The notes under the pieces: model-generated
Told to the model about the DNA's origin: nothing
What the model saw: only the letters and a program-made list of their open reading frames with translations
Database searches by the model: none
Made by a program: the position numbers and the translations under genes
From: a virus
Taxonomy: Duplodnaviria; Caudoviricetes
Virus record (IMG/VR): IMGVR_UViG_3300043425_000164
Location: 1 to 54,866 of that record
Strand: one strand, 5' to 3'
Length of the DNA stretch: 54,866 nucleotides
Shown here: positions 19,179 to 29,198 of the stretch, in pieces
Numbering within the stretch: the first letter of the stretch is position 1
Layout: each line of letters opens with the position of its first letter

Positions 19179-20039
19179 TTATGTAAATGTGCGGGATACG
19201 CCCACATAGTCTTCTAAAAAATAGGTTATATCGCAGTAGTCTTGCATGGACAAGATCCCACTACTAGATAATACCGCATTATCTGACTTATTTGATGCAA
19301 AATCAACCGCTTGTGCGTCAGAAGCCACAAGTAGCTCACTTACTAGCTTAATAAAGACGTACTCAATGTCCCCGTCCATATTGTCTAATAGGTTTAATCC
19401 TTCGGAAAATGCTTTATCTACAGACAAAACATCTGTATCGACAGAAGATAGTACTTCGCTTTTACTCAATTGAGGCAATACATCAACATCATCTGAGGCC
19501 GAGCTACTATCCGCGAACGTGCGTATAAATATAAGCGTAGTAGTAACAAAGTCGCTAAAAGTGGTAGTTTCAGATAAACTTTTTTCTATTGCGTAAGCCA
19601 CTGAATCGACAGGGGTATTTACTATATCGGCTAGTTCTTTTACAAAAGATAACTGTTTTACGTCGGCCGGAGTTAGACTCTCAAACAAACCTTTTAAAAG
19701 CTGATAAGCGTCTGTATCGCTAATACCTTGGGTGTCAGCAAGTAACTTTTGCAAAAAGAAATCAATATCTATATCGTCAGTCATAGTGACTGAATCAGTA
19801 CTTGCTTTTACAAAACCCCTAATTGCTGTGTCTTGGAATCCTGAATAAGTATCCGAAAGAGCTTTTGTAGTAGTTAAAGCTACCAAATCGGTGGGAGTTA
19901 CCACATCCACTGACAATACATCAGGGAAAGTTACGGCTGCACAAATATTTATGTCTAAATAACTAACTGTAAAAGTAGGTTGTAGATAAGAAACCTCAAC
20001 TTTTACTGCTTGGTCAGGATTAAGACAGGTAAAAGCCAT
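19179..20039 (-). CDS. Acidic Ser/Thr/Asp-rich repetitive structural protein
   Basis: Repeated K.LSD/E-like units; lies in the structural operon. Confidence 0.6.
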   Translation of the reverse strand: MAFTCLNPDQAVKVEVSYLQPTFTVSYLDINICAAVTFPDVLSVDVVTPTDLVALTTTKALSDTYSGFQDTAIRGFVKASTDSVTMTDDIDIDFFLQKLLADTQGISDTDAYQLLKGLFESLTPADVKQLSFVKELADIVNTPVDSVAYAIEKSLSETTTFSDFVTTTLIFIRTFADSSSASDDVDVLPQLSKSEVLSSVDTDVLSVDKAFSEGLNLLDNMDGDIEYVFIKLVSELLVASDAQAVDFASNKSDNAVLSSSGILSMQDYCDITYFLEDYVGVSRTFT

Positions 20040-20365
20040 TAGAAATCAGCGCGTAAGGTAAAGTTAAGAAGGTCAAAGGCAGTCAAAATCTGACCATTGA
20101 AGCTAATCTCGATCTCACCCTGATACTGTCCGGCCGGCACATCTAATGTAGTACCAGGAAAGCCGAACCGAACAACTCCATTGGCTGGATCTACTTTTGA
20201 ACAAGCGAGCGTAGATAAAACTGTAGTACCGCCTAAAGCACGGAATTTAACAACTACCGTAGTTGTAGCTGCGGAAAGGTCGATAGGGTCGCCAGTATTA
20301 CGGTCGGTAAGAGTTAAAGTTACCTCTGGTAGATTGTCGTTTTGTACAATTTTTATAGTGCTCAT
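20039..20365 (-). CDS. BppU-like beta-sandwich structural protein
   Basis: I.Q.D.LP...PIDLS...G.YQGEIEI pattern. Confidence 0.6.
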   Translation of the reverse strand: MSTIKIVQNDNLPEVTLTLTDRNTGDPIDLSAATTTVVVKFRALGGTTVLSTLACSKVDPANGVVRFGFPGTTLDVPAGQYQGEIEISFNGQILTAFDLLNFTLRADF

Positions 20366-21024
20366 GCCCACCTCTGGAATTCAGTTCTTGTTGAGCCACG
20401 GGTTAATCCTTTGTTCATTTGGATTCTAGCTCTATTGATATGGTAGTTAAACATCTTAGCAGCCTCAATAGCCCCTGCTTTATCAGTGTAATCCTGCCTT
20501 GGCTGGGCCAATAAACGGGCTCTAGCACCCCAAGCAATTGCTTCGGCCCATTGTTCATAAATCTCAGAATCAACCTCTGTAGAGTCTTGGGTTGGGGCTA
20601 AAGCAGTTCTTACATATAATGAAGCGGGCTGAGTTACATAAGGAATAGGCACCAAAGTAACTTCTGGTTTGATGATTCTGGTGATGTATTGAGGCGATCC
20701 TTGCAGCTGATCCCACGCGCCCATACGATAAATGTCAGCTAACTCGTCAGGGCTCTTAGGAATAAGAAGCAAAGTATTAAAGTATGCCTGTACAGGCCCC
20801 ACAAACTTAGTATCTGCTGGGGTAGGAATTACGTATTGAGACTGCCCATTAACTACACCGATTGCTGGGGCTTCATACTGCCAAATATAGGTTCTTTCGC
20901 AGAACTCAATACAAGCCTGTTTGATAGCGTCAATAGCAATAAATTCAGATGCATCAGGTACATACTGCAGTACTCGAGGCAAAAACTGATCGTAAGAAAC
21001 GGAGAAACCGTATGCCTGGGTCAT
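20362..21024 (-). CDS. Head-tail adaptor-like protein 2
   Basis: ACIEFCERT and AIAWGARARLL motifs; synteny. Confidence 0.65.
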   Translation of the reverse strand: MTQAYGFSVSYDQFLPRVLQYVPDASEFIAIDAIKQACIEFCERTYIWQYEAPAIGVVNGQSQYVIPTPADTKFVGPVQAYFNTLLLIPKSPDELADIYRMGAWDQLQGSPQYITRIIKPEVTLVPIPYVTQPASLYVRTALAPTQDSTEVDSEIYEQWAEAIAWGARARLLAQPRQDYTDKAGAIEAAKMFNYHINRARIQMNKGLTRGSTRTEFQRWA

Positions 21025-21707
21025 GACTCAGATCCTGGTTTATTGGGGTCTTTCGGAGTGAAGTTTTGATTCGGGCTATTAGCCAGCTCAGAAGCCTGCT
21101 TAATTTGCATAGCAGCCATAAATGTCTGCAGATAACCGGATGCAAGCTGCAATCCTGGAGCGTATTCTGCGTCTTTACTACAAGCTCTATAGAGTATGTA
21201 GTCTAATAACGCCGGTTCAAAAGTATCACTAATAGAAATAGCCGTGCTTTCCGAAGTAATCATCGGTGGCACTGGGGAATAATTAAGTTGTACATAACCC
21301 TGCCCGTTATTGGGGGGATATACATAAAAAACAGTTTGATCTTGTTGATCAAAAACGTAATGCTTTGGAACTGCAGATTTTGTGTCTGCATGCCAATTAG
21401 GGTTAAAAGAATCAATAAGTTCTCTAGAAGTTACACGAATTGCACGTCCTGGTTTTGTACCATCCGTGCCCATATATCGAATAAGCTCTAATAAAGTCCA
21501 CCCGTCTGACGGGATGCTTTGTCTAGTACCTGCAACTAGCTGAACTACGCTAACCTTATTGGTTGCGCTAGGAGACATAACAACAATCTGCTTTTGTCCT
21601 TGATTAAGCCAGTCTAGCAACTCAGCCCGAGTCCAACGGGTATTCCCGATGTCAGTTAGCTGAATCGCTGCTTTATTAATTATGGATTGTGCAGTTATTG
21701 TTCCCAT
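21021..21707 (-). CDS. Head-tail adaptor-like protein 1 (DUF6682-like)
   Basis: RWTRAELLDWLN and ALLDYILYRA.SKDAEY motifs. Confidence 0.7.
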   Translation of the reverse strand: MGTITAQSIINKAAIQLTDIGNTRWTRAELLDWLNQGQKQIVVMSPSATNKVSVVQLVAGTRQSIPSDGWTLLELIRYMGTDGTKPGRAIRVTSRELIDSFNPNWHADTKSAVPKHYVFDQQDQTVFYVYPPNNGQGYVQLNYSPVPPMITSESTAISISDTFEPALLDYILYRACSKDAEYAPGLQLASGYLQTFMAAMQIKQASELANSPNQNFTPKDPNKPGSES

Positions 21708-21721
21708 ATCCCAATTATATT

Positions 21722-21741
21722 AGAAAGGGGCCGAAGCCCCT
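21722..21741 (-). terminator. Intrinsic terminator after the decoration gene
   Basis: AGGGGC-TTCG-GCCCCT followed by TTCT; cUUCGg loop. Confidence 0.65.
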
Positions 21742-21748
21742 CGGTTTA

Positions 21749-22267
21749 TTACGATGCAGTAACAGTTACTGTAGACGGAGAGCTATTAACAGTACCATCA
21801 TTTACTACTAGGCTAGCAACATATGTACCGGCCAAATCAGCAGTAAAGGTTGGGCTAACAGTCGTAGCACCAGTCAAGGTAGCTGTACTTAAAGCAGGCT
21901 TAGAAGTTAAAGTCCAAGCGTAAGTAAGCGGATTACCGTTTGAGTCAGTGCTTCCAGCGCCTGTCAAAGTGACTAAATCACCTGCGGTTACAGATTGGTT
22001 CGGACCAGCGTTAGCAACTGGAGCAGTATTAACTGCCAAAGCTGCAACAATTGCCGGAACTTGCGTACCAAACCACAAACCATCAACTACTAATTGGTTT
22101 GAAGTAATACTACCTGCGTTCAAAGCTGCAATATCTGTAGCTTGAGTAGAAGAAAAACCAGCCACTACTAAATCTACAGTAGTAGCAGTGCTTACGTTAA
22201 GTCCAACTACAGCTTCCGCTTGTGGGATGGAAAATCCGCTAGCAACTAAATCATCAATAACAGCCAT
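21749..22267 (-). CDS. Capsid decoration protein with PKD/Ig-like domain
   Basis: NTAPVANAGPNQ...LTYAWTL...GTYVASLVVNDG; start MAVIDD with AAGGAG SD. Confidence 0.8.
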   Translation of the reverse strand: MAVIDDLVASGFSIPQAEAVVGLNVSTATTVDLVVAGFSSTQATDIAALNAGSITSNQLVVDGLWFGTQVPAIVAALAVNTAPVANAGPNQSVTAGDLVTLTGAGSTDSNGNPLTYAWTLTSKPALSTATLTGATTVSPTFTADLAGTYVASLVVNDGTVNSSPSTVTVTAS

Positions 22268-22280
22268 TTGATACTCCTTA

Positions 22281-22314
22281 AAATCAAAGTGGGGGTGGGG
22301 ACATCCCCACCCAC
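22281..22314 (-). terminator. Intrinsic terminator after the major capsid gene
   Basis: GC-rich GTGGGG/CCCCAC hairpin followed by TTTGATTT on the minus strand. Confidence 0.6.
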
Positions 22315-22327
22315 CTATCATCAGCTA

Positions 22328-23332
22328 TTAACCTGCTGCTTGCAAGAGTGCCAAACCATCGGCTTGAACAACTTTGTAGCCGTAGACATTTAAGCCACGG
22401 ATCAAAGTGCCGAAGTCGTTGGGGTTCTGTAAGCTCTCAACCTTAGCGATCTGAGATGCAAAGGTGATTGCAGACTTGTGACCAGCCATGATTGCGTGAC
22501 GCTTCAACGCGCCAACTTGTGCACCGCCGCTATAGTTCTGACCAGCAGCCGCACGTGGGAGCAAGTTAGAAACATAAACAGTGAAACGATCAATCATACC
22601 GATCTTACCGTTACGGAGGATCGAAGATGGGTCACCCATGAACTGAGCTTGAGCCAAGTTAGACTGCATGAGGATCTGACGCTCTGTTGGGCTGATAACT
22701 AACCAACGGTCGGTCTCAGGAACGTTTGCCTCGTCCAAAACGCTCGACAAAGCGGTGATGCTCTGAAGAATGTTAAGAGCTGACAAAGTTACAGGAGCAG
22801 CGTCAGTACCTAGGTTGAAAGATGCAGAGATCTTACCAGCGGTTGCACCTTGGTTATAAGCAGCGCCTTGATTGAAGGTGCCAGCTAATACGTCGGTATC
22901 AACAGCGATCTTCATCTGCATAGCAGCGTCGTTGGTGAATACATCCATCAATTTTGGCTTAGCTTGCAACTCGAGAACGTTGTTAACGTTAACACCGAAA
23001 TACTTACCTTTGTTGATTGTCAAGGTAATGGTGCTTGGAGCTGGAATCTCATAAGCAAGATTCTGACCAATGCTGTAGTTGTTGATGGTGATCGTTGGGA
23101 TGGTGTTGATAATTACTGAGTCACCCATACCAGTGATGTCGCCTTGCCAATCGGTGTTAGCAATTTCACCAAAAACGGTAGCGGCATAGAATTTCTGTGC
23201 CAATTTGCCCGACCAGAGGGTGGGGATGAAAGTACCAGAATAAGCGGTACCTGCGTAAGCGGTAGCGCCGTTTGGTGCGTTAAAACCACCCGCATTAATG
23301 GGGTAGGCTGCTGCTGGGGTTACTGTAGACAT
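22328..23332 (-). CDS. Major capsid protein
   Basis: FIPTLWSGKL, GDSVII, LDEANVP..RW.V and GLNVYGYKVV motifs; follows the scaffold gene. Confidence 0.9.
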   Translation of the reverse strand: MSTVTPAAAYPINAGGFNAPNGATAYAGTAYSGTFIPTLWSGKLAQKFYAATVFGEIANTDWQGDITGMGDSVIINTIPTITINNYSIGQNLAYEIPAPSTITLTINKGKYFGVNVNNVLELQAKPKLMDVFTNDAAMQMKIAVDTDVLAGTFNQGAAYNQGATAGKISASFNLGTDAAPVTLSALNILQSITALSSVLDEANVPETDRWLVISPTERQILMQSNLAQAQFMGDPSSILRNGKIGMIDRFTVYVSNLLPRAAAGQNYSGGAQVGALKRHAIMAGHKSAITFASQIAKVESLQNPNDFGTLIRGLNVYGYKVVQADGLALLQAAG

Positions 23333-23388
23333 TTAAATTTCCTTTCTAGTGTCTATTTAAATTCCGCTTTCACCCCAGGGTTTACTTC

Positions 23389-24393
23389 TTATCGAATTCG
23401 CCCCTCGGCGATTGCGGTGTGAATTTGTTTTTCCATATCTGCCGCTTCCTGTTCATCGTAGAAGCCTCTACGCCAATCTGAGTAAAACTGTTCAATATCC
23501 TTATTAGTGAATATTCTGTCGTTTACTCCATCAGCAGGCGTCGTCGTCGAACGAGTACGGGTCGGCGCAACTTGACGTTGAAGCTCTTGTTTTGCCTTAC
23601 TTGGAGCAGGAGTCTGCGGTAATGTTTGCTTATAAGCCTTAAAGATATTAGCCACGCGGATAACATCTAGAGCCTCATAAGCATTCGATAACGCAGCTTG
23701 GCGCGGTACTCCGTACACTGGATCTACTTGCTGGAGCCACCCCAAGAAACCTTGATCAACGTTCAAAGTCTCCCAGTCTGGAACCTGCTGTCCTAGACCC
23801 ATCAAGAATCTGTCTTTATCAGACATAACCTGACGTTCGGTTACATTACCAAGTTGTCCTTTTAGCTCTTTAATCTCGCTAATTAATTCGCTTTCTTTAG
23901 CACGTAGGTTCGCTACTTTTGCTTCAGTCGCACGCTCAATTAGGTCAATCAAGTCAGGGCCAAATGCTTCTCTATCTTGTTCAGTGATCAAAGACTCCAC
24001 TGTCTGAGCTGGCGCTTGTTGTACTGTCTTTGCCGCAGCTTCAGCAGCTGCTTTATCAGCAACTAACTGTTGAACTTGCGCTTTCATCTCGCGCAAATCG
24101 CTGTACAAACGTGGTACTTCAGCGTCGTACATTCCTTTAAGAGTATGGTACTTTTGGGCCCATGTTTCTTCAGGAACTTCAGATTGTCTAGTCTCTTTTG
24201 AAACAGTATTGTCAGGCGGCGGATCGTTTGCTGGCGGATCTTTAGGCGCGTCTTGTAAGACTTGCTTCAAATCTGGTTGTTCATTTGGCGGGTCAGTCTC
24301 CGGAGGGTTTCCTTCGGTCTTATCTCCGTTTATGTCAGCCACAATACGGTCTGCTTCTTCAATTTGTTGTTGAACTGCCTTTGGCAATGCCAT
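23389..24393 (-). CDS. Capsid scaffolding protein
   Basis: Acidic, Pro-rich, coiled-coil; KYHTLKGMY; ends AIAEGRIR; lies just upstream of the major capsid gene. Confidence 0.8.
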   Translation of the reverse strand: MALPKAVQQQIEEADRIVADINGDKTEGNPPETDPPNEQPDLKQVLQDAPKDPPANDPPPDNTVSKETRQSEVPEETWAQKYHTLKGMYDAEVPRLYSDLREMKAQVQQLVADKAAAEAAAKTVQQAPAQTVESLITEQDREAFGPDLIDLIERATEAKVANLRAKESELISEIKELKGQLGNVTERQVMSDKDRFLMGLGQQVPDWETLNVDQGFLGWLQQVDPVYGVPRQAALSNAYEALDVIRVANIFKAYKQTLPQTPAPSKAKQELQRQVAPTRTRSTTTPADGVNDRIFTNKDIEQFYSDWRRGFYDEQEAADMEKQIHTAIAEGRIR

Positions 24394-24405
24394 TTCAATC
24401 TCCTT

Positions 24406-24468
24406 TAGCTCCGACTCTCGCGTACGCTCCGCCTAAACGGTCTGCGCAAACTCGATAACGGTCTGCTA
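24406..24468 (-). promoter_or_regulatory. Structured RNA hairpin with two identical internal loops abutting the scaffold SD
   Basis: Nested GCAGACCG...CGGAGC pairs, present twice. Confidence 0.65.
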
Positions 24469-24482
24469 CTACGGTTGTAAAA

Positions 24483-24725
24483 CTAACCTTTACGGTTAGC
24501 GGTCAATTTGGTGATCAACTCATTAGAGTTTTTGACATGGGCGAGTAAGTCCGCCAATATCCCGGCTTCACCTTGTAGCCGATAAATATGTTCTTGTTGT
24601 ATGGCTCCTGCTAATTGCTCGAGGGTTCCGTTTCGGCTCTCCCTTAACCAGTCAACTAGCGGCCTAAATTCTTCTGCCTGTAACCGTTGAAAACAACGAG
24701 CTACACGCTCATCAAGTCTTTGCAT
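24483..24725 (-). CDS. Conserved protein between portal and scaffold
   Basis: IYRLQGEA motif; synteny. Confidence 0.75.
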   Translation of the reverse strand: MQRLDERVARCFQRLQAEEFRPLVDWLRESRNGTLEQLAGAIQQEHIYRLQGEAGILADLLAHVKNSNELITKLTANRKG

Positions 24726-24728
24726 TAC

Positions 24729-24920
24729 TTACTTGCAGAGACCTTCAGTTTTTGCGGATTCTTGAGCGTACTCTTTACCGCCGCGCATGCCGAGAGCGTC
24801 GTTGTTACCGTCAGCGCCACCAGCGCCTTGAGTAGCAGCACCTTTGCTCATGCCATCGGTCTTTGCAGACTCTTGTGCATATTCAGCACCACGCTTTTCC
24901 ATTGGGGAAATAGCTTTCAT
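24729..24920 (-). CDS. Small hypothetical protein with an internal repeat (EYAQESAKT twice)
   Basis: AAGGAG SD; follows a promoter. Confidence 0.75.
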   Translation of the reverse strand: MKAISPMEKRGAEYAQESAKTDGMSKGAATQGAGGADGNNDALGMRGGKEYAQESAKTEGLCK

Positions 24921-24963
24921 AAAAACTCCTTTTTGTCATCAGACAACTGTCTGATTTAGTTAC

Positions 24964-24992
24964 TATTTACAACGTATATACAAACTTGTCAA
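24964..24992 (-). promoter_or_regulatory. sigma70-like promoter for the scaffold/capsid operon
   Basis: TTGACA-N17-TAAATA. Confidence 0.55.
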
Positions 24993-24996
24993 GCCT

Positions 24997-27114
24997 TTAC
25001 TGCGAAAATCTATTTACTACTGGTGAACCATCCATCAAGTTCTGACCTCCTGGTGCTGCTGGAGGTGTTCCGCCTGCTTGAGCTTGGCCGTTTTGCTGCG
25101 CCATCTCTTGAGACATTGCTTGTTGTTGCATCGCTGTAGCTTCTGCTGCCTTAGCTTTCATGGTCTCTACAGAAGGAACAATCTTGTCGACGTTCATATC
25201 TAAAGTCATAGCTGTCTGACGTAGAAGTTCTGCGATACCTTCCATACCAACAACCTGTTGAGCAACTGGGCTATTAAGCGCCAGACCCAAGAATTCATTG
25301 CGACGCTGCTGGGCAGACTCTTTCTCAAGGATCGATGCTGCACCACGAGCTACGATGTCTACGTCACCCTTGAGATCTGGATCATCCGAGTAACGCATAT
25401 TGTAGTAATACAAGCGGTCAATACATGGCTTAATAACGTGCTCGTCAATATTTGCGATGACTTGTTTAATGGATTTACCAGCATTAGTCATCAACATCGA
25501 CATACCGGAAGCAGTTCTTCCTGCTCCACCGGCTGGCGTACCGCCTGTCATATAACGTGGAATACCGGTGTACTCATCAGCAAGAGTTGCAAACTTCTCA
25601 TAAACCGCCATCAATTCATTAGCTTGTGAGCTTGGTTGATAGAAAGTTACAGGAGTCTGGTTTGCACCTAATGGGTCAGAGGTAACCTGCCAAACTTTCC
25701 AGGGGTACAACTGAGTAATGTTTTCACCCTCAGGTAGGCGATCGATGTTGTAAACAACCTGTGGGCCAGAAGCCAAGCTCATGTTATTTACGAGGCTGCG
25801 GGCTGCAGCGTTACAGACATCTTGTACGTCACGGCATAGATCTGCTACAGAGTTGCCCCAGAACGCGCCTGGAACTTCTTCGTAGGAGGTTTTGTAATAA
25901 GGTTTACGACCGAGTGGATCTGGGTTAATAACCGCTTTGATGATCCATGTACCGATGAGCCATGCTTCGATAGGATACTCAGCCATTGGGTCAGGTACTT
26001 CTTCTGGAGACATGCCCCAGTCAATCAACAAACGACCTTGTACAGAACCCCAGAACTGCAATGCGTCAATTAACTCCGAAGGGTTTTGACCAGCAGCAGT
26101 AGTGGATTTACCTTCAGCTGTTGCTCTAGTAAGGTCAACATAGATCCATTCGCGTAGGCCGCCCTTTCCATAAGCTTCCAAAACTTGACGTATGGCTCCA
26201 TCGCTATAACCATCAACTCCGATAAGCTCGTGTAGATCAGCCCTTGATAACTTGTGTCTTTCAATTAGGTATCCGTCGTTAATAGTAGAAGCATCAGGAG
26301 CAGGGTACATATTGAATGGGCTTACACGCTCCCACTCTAACGCTAAAGTTTTCTGAACCTGCAAGTCGTATTGACCGTTTGGTAACTTCACCCACTTTAA
26401 CTCTGGGCGGTTACGAACAACAGGGCCTTTTAAAATCGCTGCAGGGAATGTAACGAGGTCATCAATAAACTGAGCAAAAGCAGTAGTCCACTGGCCTTCG
26501 ATCATCTGCTGATGCATTTTCTTTTCCATGCGCTTAGCAGTTTCTTCTGCAATCTCACCTAACTGGCGATACGCTGCATCTTTGAGGTCAAGCAACATCT
26601 GACGTACTTCGACATCAGTTGGGTTAATGCCTGACATCAACATCTGCTCAAGCTGCTGCTGAGCACGCATCATTAGGTCTTGCAGAATGTCCGGCTCCAT
26701 ATCTGGAATTGGACTTGGGCGCAAGCTCCATGGTTTTTCTTCAGGAGTCGACATAACAACATCACGTAACCAGCTTGAAGCGGCACGGCACTTGTTAGAA
26801 GTCAACATCATGTAAATCGTTGAGCTGCCCTGCTCACGTAACTGTGCGAGTTTGTCAGGATCATACTGACCGCGTCGTTGACGCACACACTTAAGCATCT
26901 GTTGCTCGATCGTATACTCTTTTGCCATACGAGCGTACATCCACTTCTGTTTGATATACGCAGCAAGATTCTGTACTACTGGACTAGAATTTGCAGTGAC
27001 GGCTGCAGCACGCTCCTCTTCTTGGAGCTGTTTAATCGATTTGATTGGCACGATACCGCCCACGGTCGTATAACCGGGAGCAGACGCGTTTGTAATATTC
27101 AACGCAGCATCCAT
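24997..27114 (-). CDS. Portal protein
   Basis: 705 aa following TerL; DEYTGIPRY and GRTASGMSML motifs; Gln-rich tail. Confidence 0.85.
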   Translation of the reverse strand: MDAALNITNASAPGYTTVGGIVPIKSIKQLQEEERAAAVTANSSPVVQNLAAYIKQKWMYARMAKEYTIEQQMLKCVRQRRGQYDPDKLAQLREQGSSTIYMMLTSNKCRAASSWLRDVVMSTPEEKPWSLRPSPIPDMEPDILQDLMMRAQQQLEQMLMSGINPTDVEVRQMLLDLKDAAYRQLGEIAEETAKRMEKKMHQQMIEGQWTTAFAQFIDDLVTFPAAILKGPVVRNRPELKWVKLPNGQYDLQVQKTLALEWERVSPFNMYPAPDASTINDGYLIERHKLSRADLHELIGVDGYSDGAIRQVLEAYGKGGLREWIYVDLTRATAEGKSTTAAGQNPSELIDALQFWGSVQGRLLIDWGMSPEEVPDPMAEYPIEAWLIGTWIIKAVINPDPLGRKPYYKTSYEEVPGAFWGNSVADLCRDVQDVCNAAARSLVNNMSLASGPQVVYNIDRLPEGENITQLYPWKVWQVTSDPLGANQTPVTFYQPSSQANELMAVYEKFATLADEYTGIPRYMTGGTPAGGAGRTASGMSMLMTNAGKSIKQVIANIDEHVIKPCIDRLYYYNMRYSDDPDLKGDVDIVARGAASILEKESAQQRRNEFLGLALNSPVAQQVVGMEGIAELLRQTAMTLDMNVDKIVPSVETMKAKAAEATAMQQQAMSQEMAQQNGQAQAGGTPPAAPGGQNLMDGSPVVNRFSQ

Positions 27115-27141
27115 AGACTATTTCGAAATGTCAATACCTGC

Positions 27142-27171
27142 TTTATAAGCTATAAACCATTGATCTGTCAA
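27142..27171 (-). promoter_or_regulatory. sigma70-like promoter upstream of the portal gene
   Basis: TTGACA-N18-TATAAA; GGCTTGACA context shared with the promoter at 24987. Confidence 0.45.
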
Positions 27172-27174
27172 GCC

Positions 27175-28575
27175 CTAGTCCCAAACAAAAGTTGTTTTTT
27201 CTACGGGTCTAGCTTTCCGGGTTAACACATCCCCTGTAATGTTGCCATCTGCATGCAAACACGCGTACTGAAATGCGTCCGCAATGTGAGAGTAACTGTT
27301 TTTCTCGGGTTTGTCATCTGTATCCCCGTTATTTTTAATTTTATACCGATACCCACCGCGTAGTGCATTTATGAGCTCTCGGCAGTCTGGATCGATCAAC
27401 ATCGCTGCTCTACCATCCACGATACGCGTCAAAAGCGCATCAACCGCAGATAACCGAGCAACGATACTGTTTGATTTTGCTGGAATTACTCTAAAACCTT
27501 CCGCTTTCAAAATATCAAACACTGACCGCTCATCTGTCTGAGCTCTCTGCTGTCCTGCCGGGTCACCAATAATCAGGCAAGGCATACCCGGAAATTTATT
27601 CGCAAGCACCGGTTTAAGCTTCTCTCTTACAAATCTTAACGTTCCCATACCCTCAGACGTTAGACAGGCATATGTCAAAAATCGCCCCTGAGGATCGACC
27701 TGACTAATCGTAGCAGCTGGTGTCAAACCAAAATCCATCCCAATAATCAACGGGTTAGTCGACAGTTTGATGTAATTCAGTGACTTTTCAGCCACATGTA
27801 AGTCCCGATCGAAAGCCCTAAAAACAGGCTGACCTGATAACGATTTACCAAATTTTGCGTTGATATAAACATCAACCCAGTCTTCAGACTTGCCCTCTGC
27901 CAAATTCTCATAGTACCCTTCCGGTAAAAACTCAAGCCAATCAGCCTCTTGGGACAATCCGCTAGGCTGAAAGTAACACTCTGCGTTATCCGGTGGATCC
28001 GATAAGTACTGCTCCCAGAACGTATCCATGTCTGGTGGGTTGGTCATCCCCCAGATGTGAGCATTAGACTTACCAGAATCATCGACGCAACCCATGCCAT
28101 TGTCCAGCTTAGAAGGGAAACGACCAAGACGCCCCTGAAGAGCGTTAAAGATGTCTGGGTTAATTTCTCGAAATTCGTCCAAGATACCAAAGCTAGCTTG
28201 TAAAGACAGCAAGCGCCGAACGTCATTAGAATCATCGAGGCCACGAAATAAAATTTCACATTCAACATCGTCGAACCTTAAAATAAATTTATATTCGGAC
28301 TTGAGATACGTCCCCGCTTGGCCGTCCGGATACCAGCGTAGTACGTCAGGGATGGATGTATCTCGCAGCTGCTCTCGCGTATTACGCACCCATATGGCTC
28401 GACTTCGACGTATGCCATCTTTACATTTCGCCATCTTCTTGGCGTGGTAGGCAATTTTCATTATGCCCGCCGTGGTTTTGGTACTACCCACTGGCCCCAC
28501 GATCAACGAAATAAACGCATCGGAAGTCAAAAATCCTTTTACGGACTCGGGTGGTGTGTACTGTAAATTACTCAT
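27175..28575 (-). CDS. terL: Terminase large subunit
   Basis: Walker A GPVGSTKT, Walker B ILDE, TNPP coupling motif, nuclease motifs GMDFG and HIADAFQY. Confidence 0.92.
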   Translation of the reverse strand: MSNLQYTPPESVKGFLTSDAFISLIVGPVGSTKTTAGIMKIAYHAKKMAKCKDGIRRSRAIWVRNTREQLRDTSIPDVLRWYPDGQAGTYLKSEYKFILRFDDVECEILFRGLDDSNDVRRLLSLQASFGILDEFREINPDIFNALQGRLGRFPSKLDNGMGCVDDSGKSNAHIWGMTNPPDMDTFWEQYLSDPPDNAECYFQPSGLSQEADWLEFLPEGYYENLAEGKSEDWVDVYINAKFGKSLSGQPVFRAFDRDLHVAEKSLNYIKLSTNPLIIGMDFGLTPAATISQVDPQGRFLTYACLTSEGMGTLRFVREKLKPVLANKFPGMPCLIIGDPAGQQRAQTDERSVFDILKAEGFRVIPAKSNSIVARLSAVDALLTRIVDGRAAMLIDPDCRELINALRGGYRYKIKNNGDTDDKPEKNSYSHIADAFQYACLHADGNITGDVLTRKARPVEKTTFVWD

Positions 28576-29080
28576 CAGCCTCTAGTGGTTTCGTTTTTAT
28601 TTCAAGCTTCGGAGGTTCAAACTCAATAACATCCGGGTCTGGCATGTCGATGGTCTGGGACTTTTTGGGGGTGTCTGCCAAATTTATGGTAATACTGAAC
28701 CCTGGGCCACTAGCGACTTGAGCACTAGCCTTCGGCTCCATGTCTCCAAGTTTAGCACCAAGTTTAATAAATTCCAGCTTCTGCAGTAACGTCGCATCAT
28801 TTGACCGAGCGATTTTATACGCATCCTCAAATACATCCTCTGTCAGCGCCTTGGCTTTTATGCGAAATGTAATGCCGTTCTGCTCAAGCTCCGCCTTCTG
28901 TTTGGCAACAGCATCAAGAAACGGCTTCCACACCGATAGAGATTTCCAGCGAATTCCCTCAAACCCATAGCGAGACGCTATCTCGGATGGCTCTTCCATC
29001 CCTATGGCTATGGCCAGGATCATCTCCTGGGGCACATCAAGCGCTGGCGGTGGTGTTGTCGGTAGTAGTTCTTCGTCCAT
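28568..29080 (-). CDS. Probable terminase small subunit
   Basis: HTH-like N-terminus; FSITINL C-terminal strand; overlaps the TerL start. Confidence 0.6.
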   Translation of the reverse strand: MDEELLPTTPPPALDVPQEMILAIAIGMEEPSEIASRYGFEGIRWKSLSVWKPFLDAVAKQKAELEQNGITFRIKAKALTEDVFEDAYKIARSNDATLLQKLEFIKLGAKLGDMEPKASAQVASGPGFSITINLADTPKKSQTIDMPDPDVIEFEPPKLEIKTKPLEADE

Positions 29081-29198
29081 CGAGGTAGTCAACTAGTGCT
29101 TGGCGGATAAGTTCAGAAACGGTGGTATGGCGCTTTTCAGCTAGAACTTTAAGCTCAACCATAACCTGCTCAGGTAAGAAAAAGTTATGCCGCTTCAT
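29037..29198 (-). CDS. Ribbon-helix-helix (CopG/Arc-like) DNA-binding protein, 53 aa (not in the ORF track)
   Basis: MKRHNFFLPEQVMVELKVLAEKRHTTVSELIRQALVDYL fits the RHH pattern; ATGA coupling with the upstream gene. Confidence 0.8.
   Translation of the reverse strand: MKRHNFFLPEQVMVELKVLAEKRHTTVSELIRQALVDYLDGRRTTTDNTTASA

Noticed and set aside
28476-28500. Defective terminase Walker A (GPVGSTKT)
   Set aside because: The catalytic Lys-Thr and all other motifs are intact, so this is most likely a family variant.
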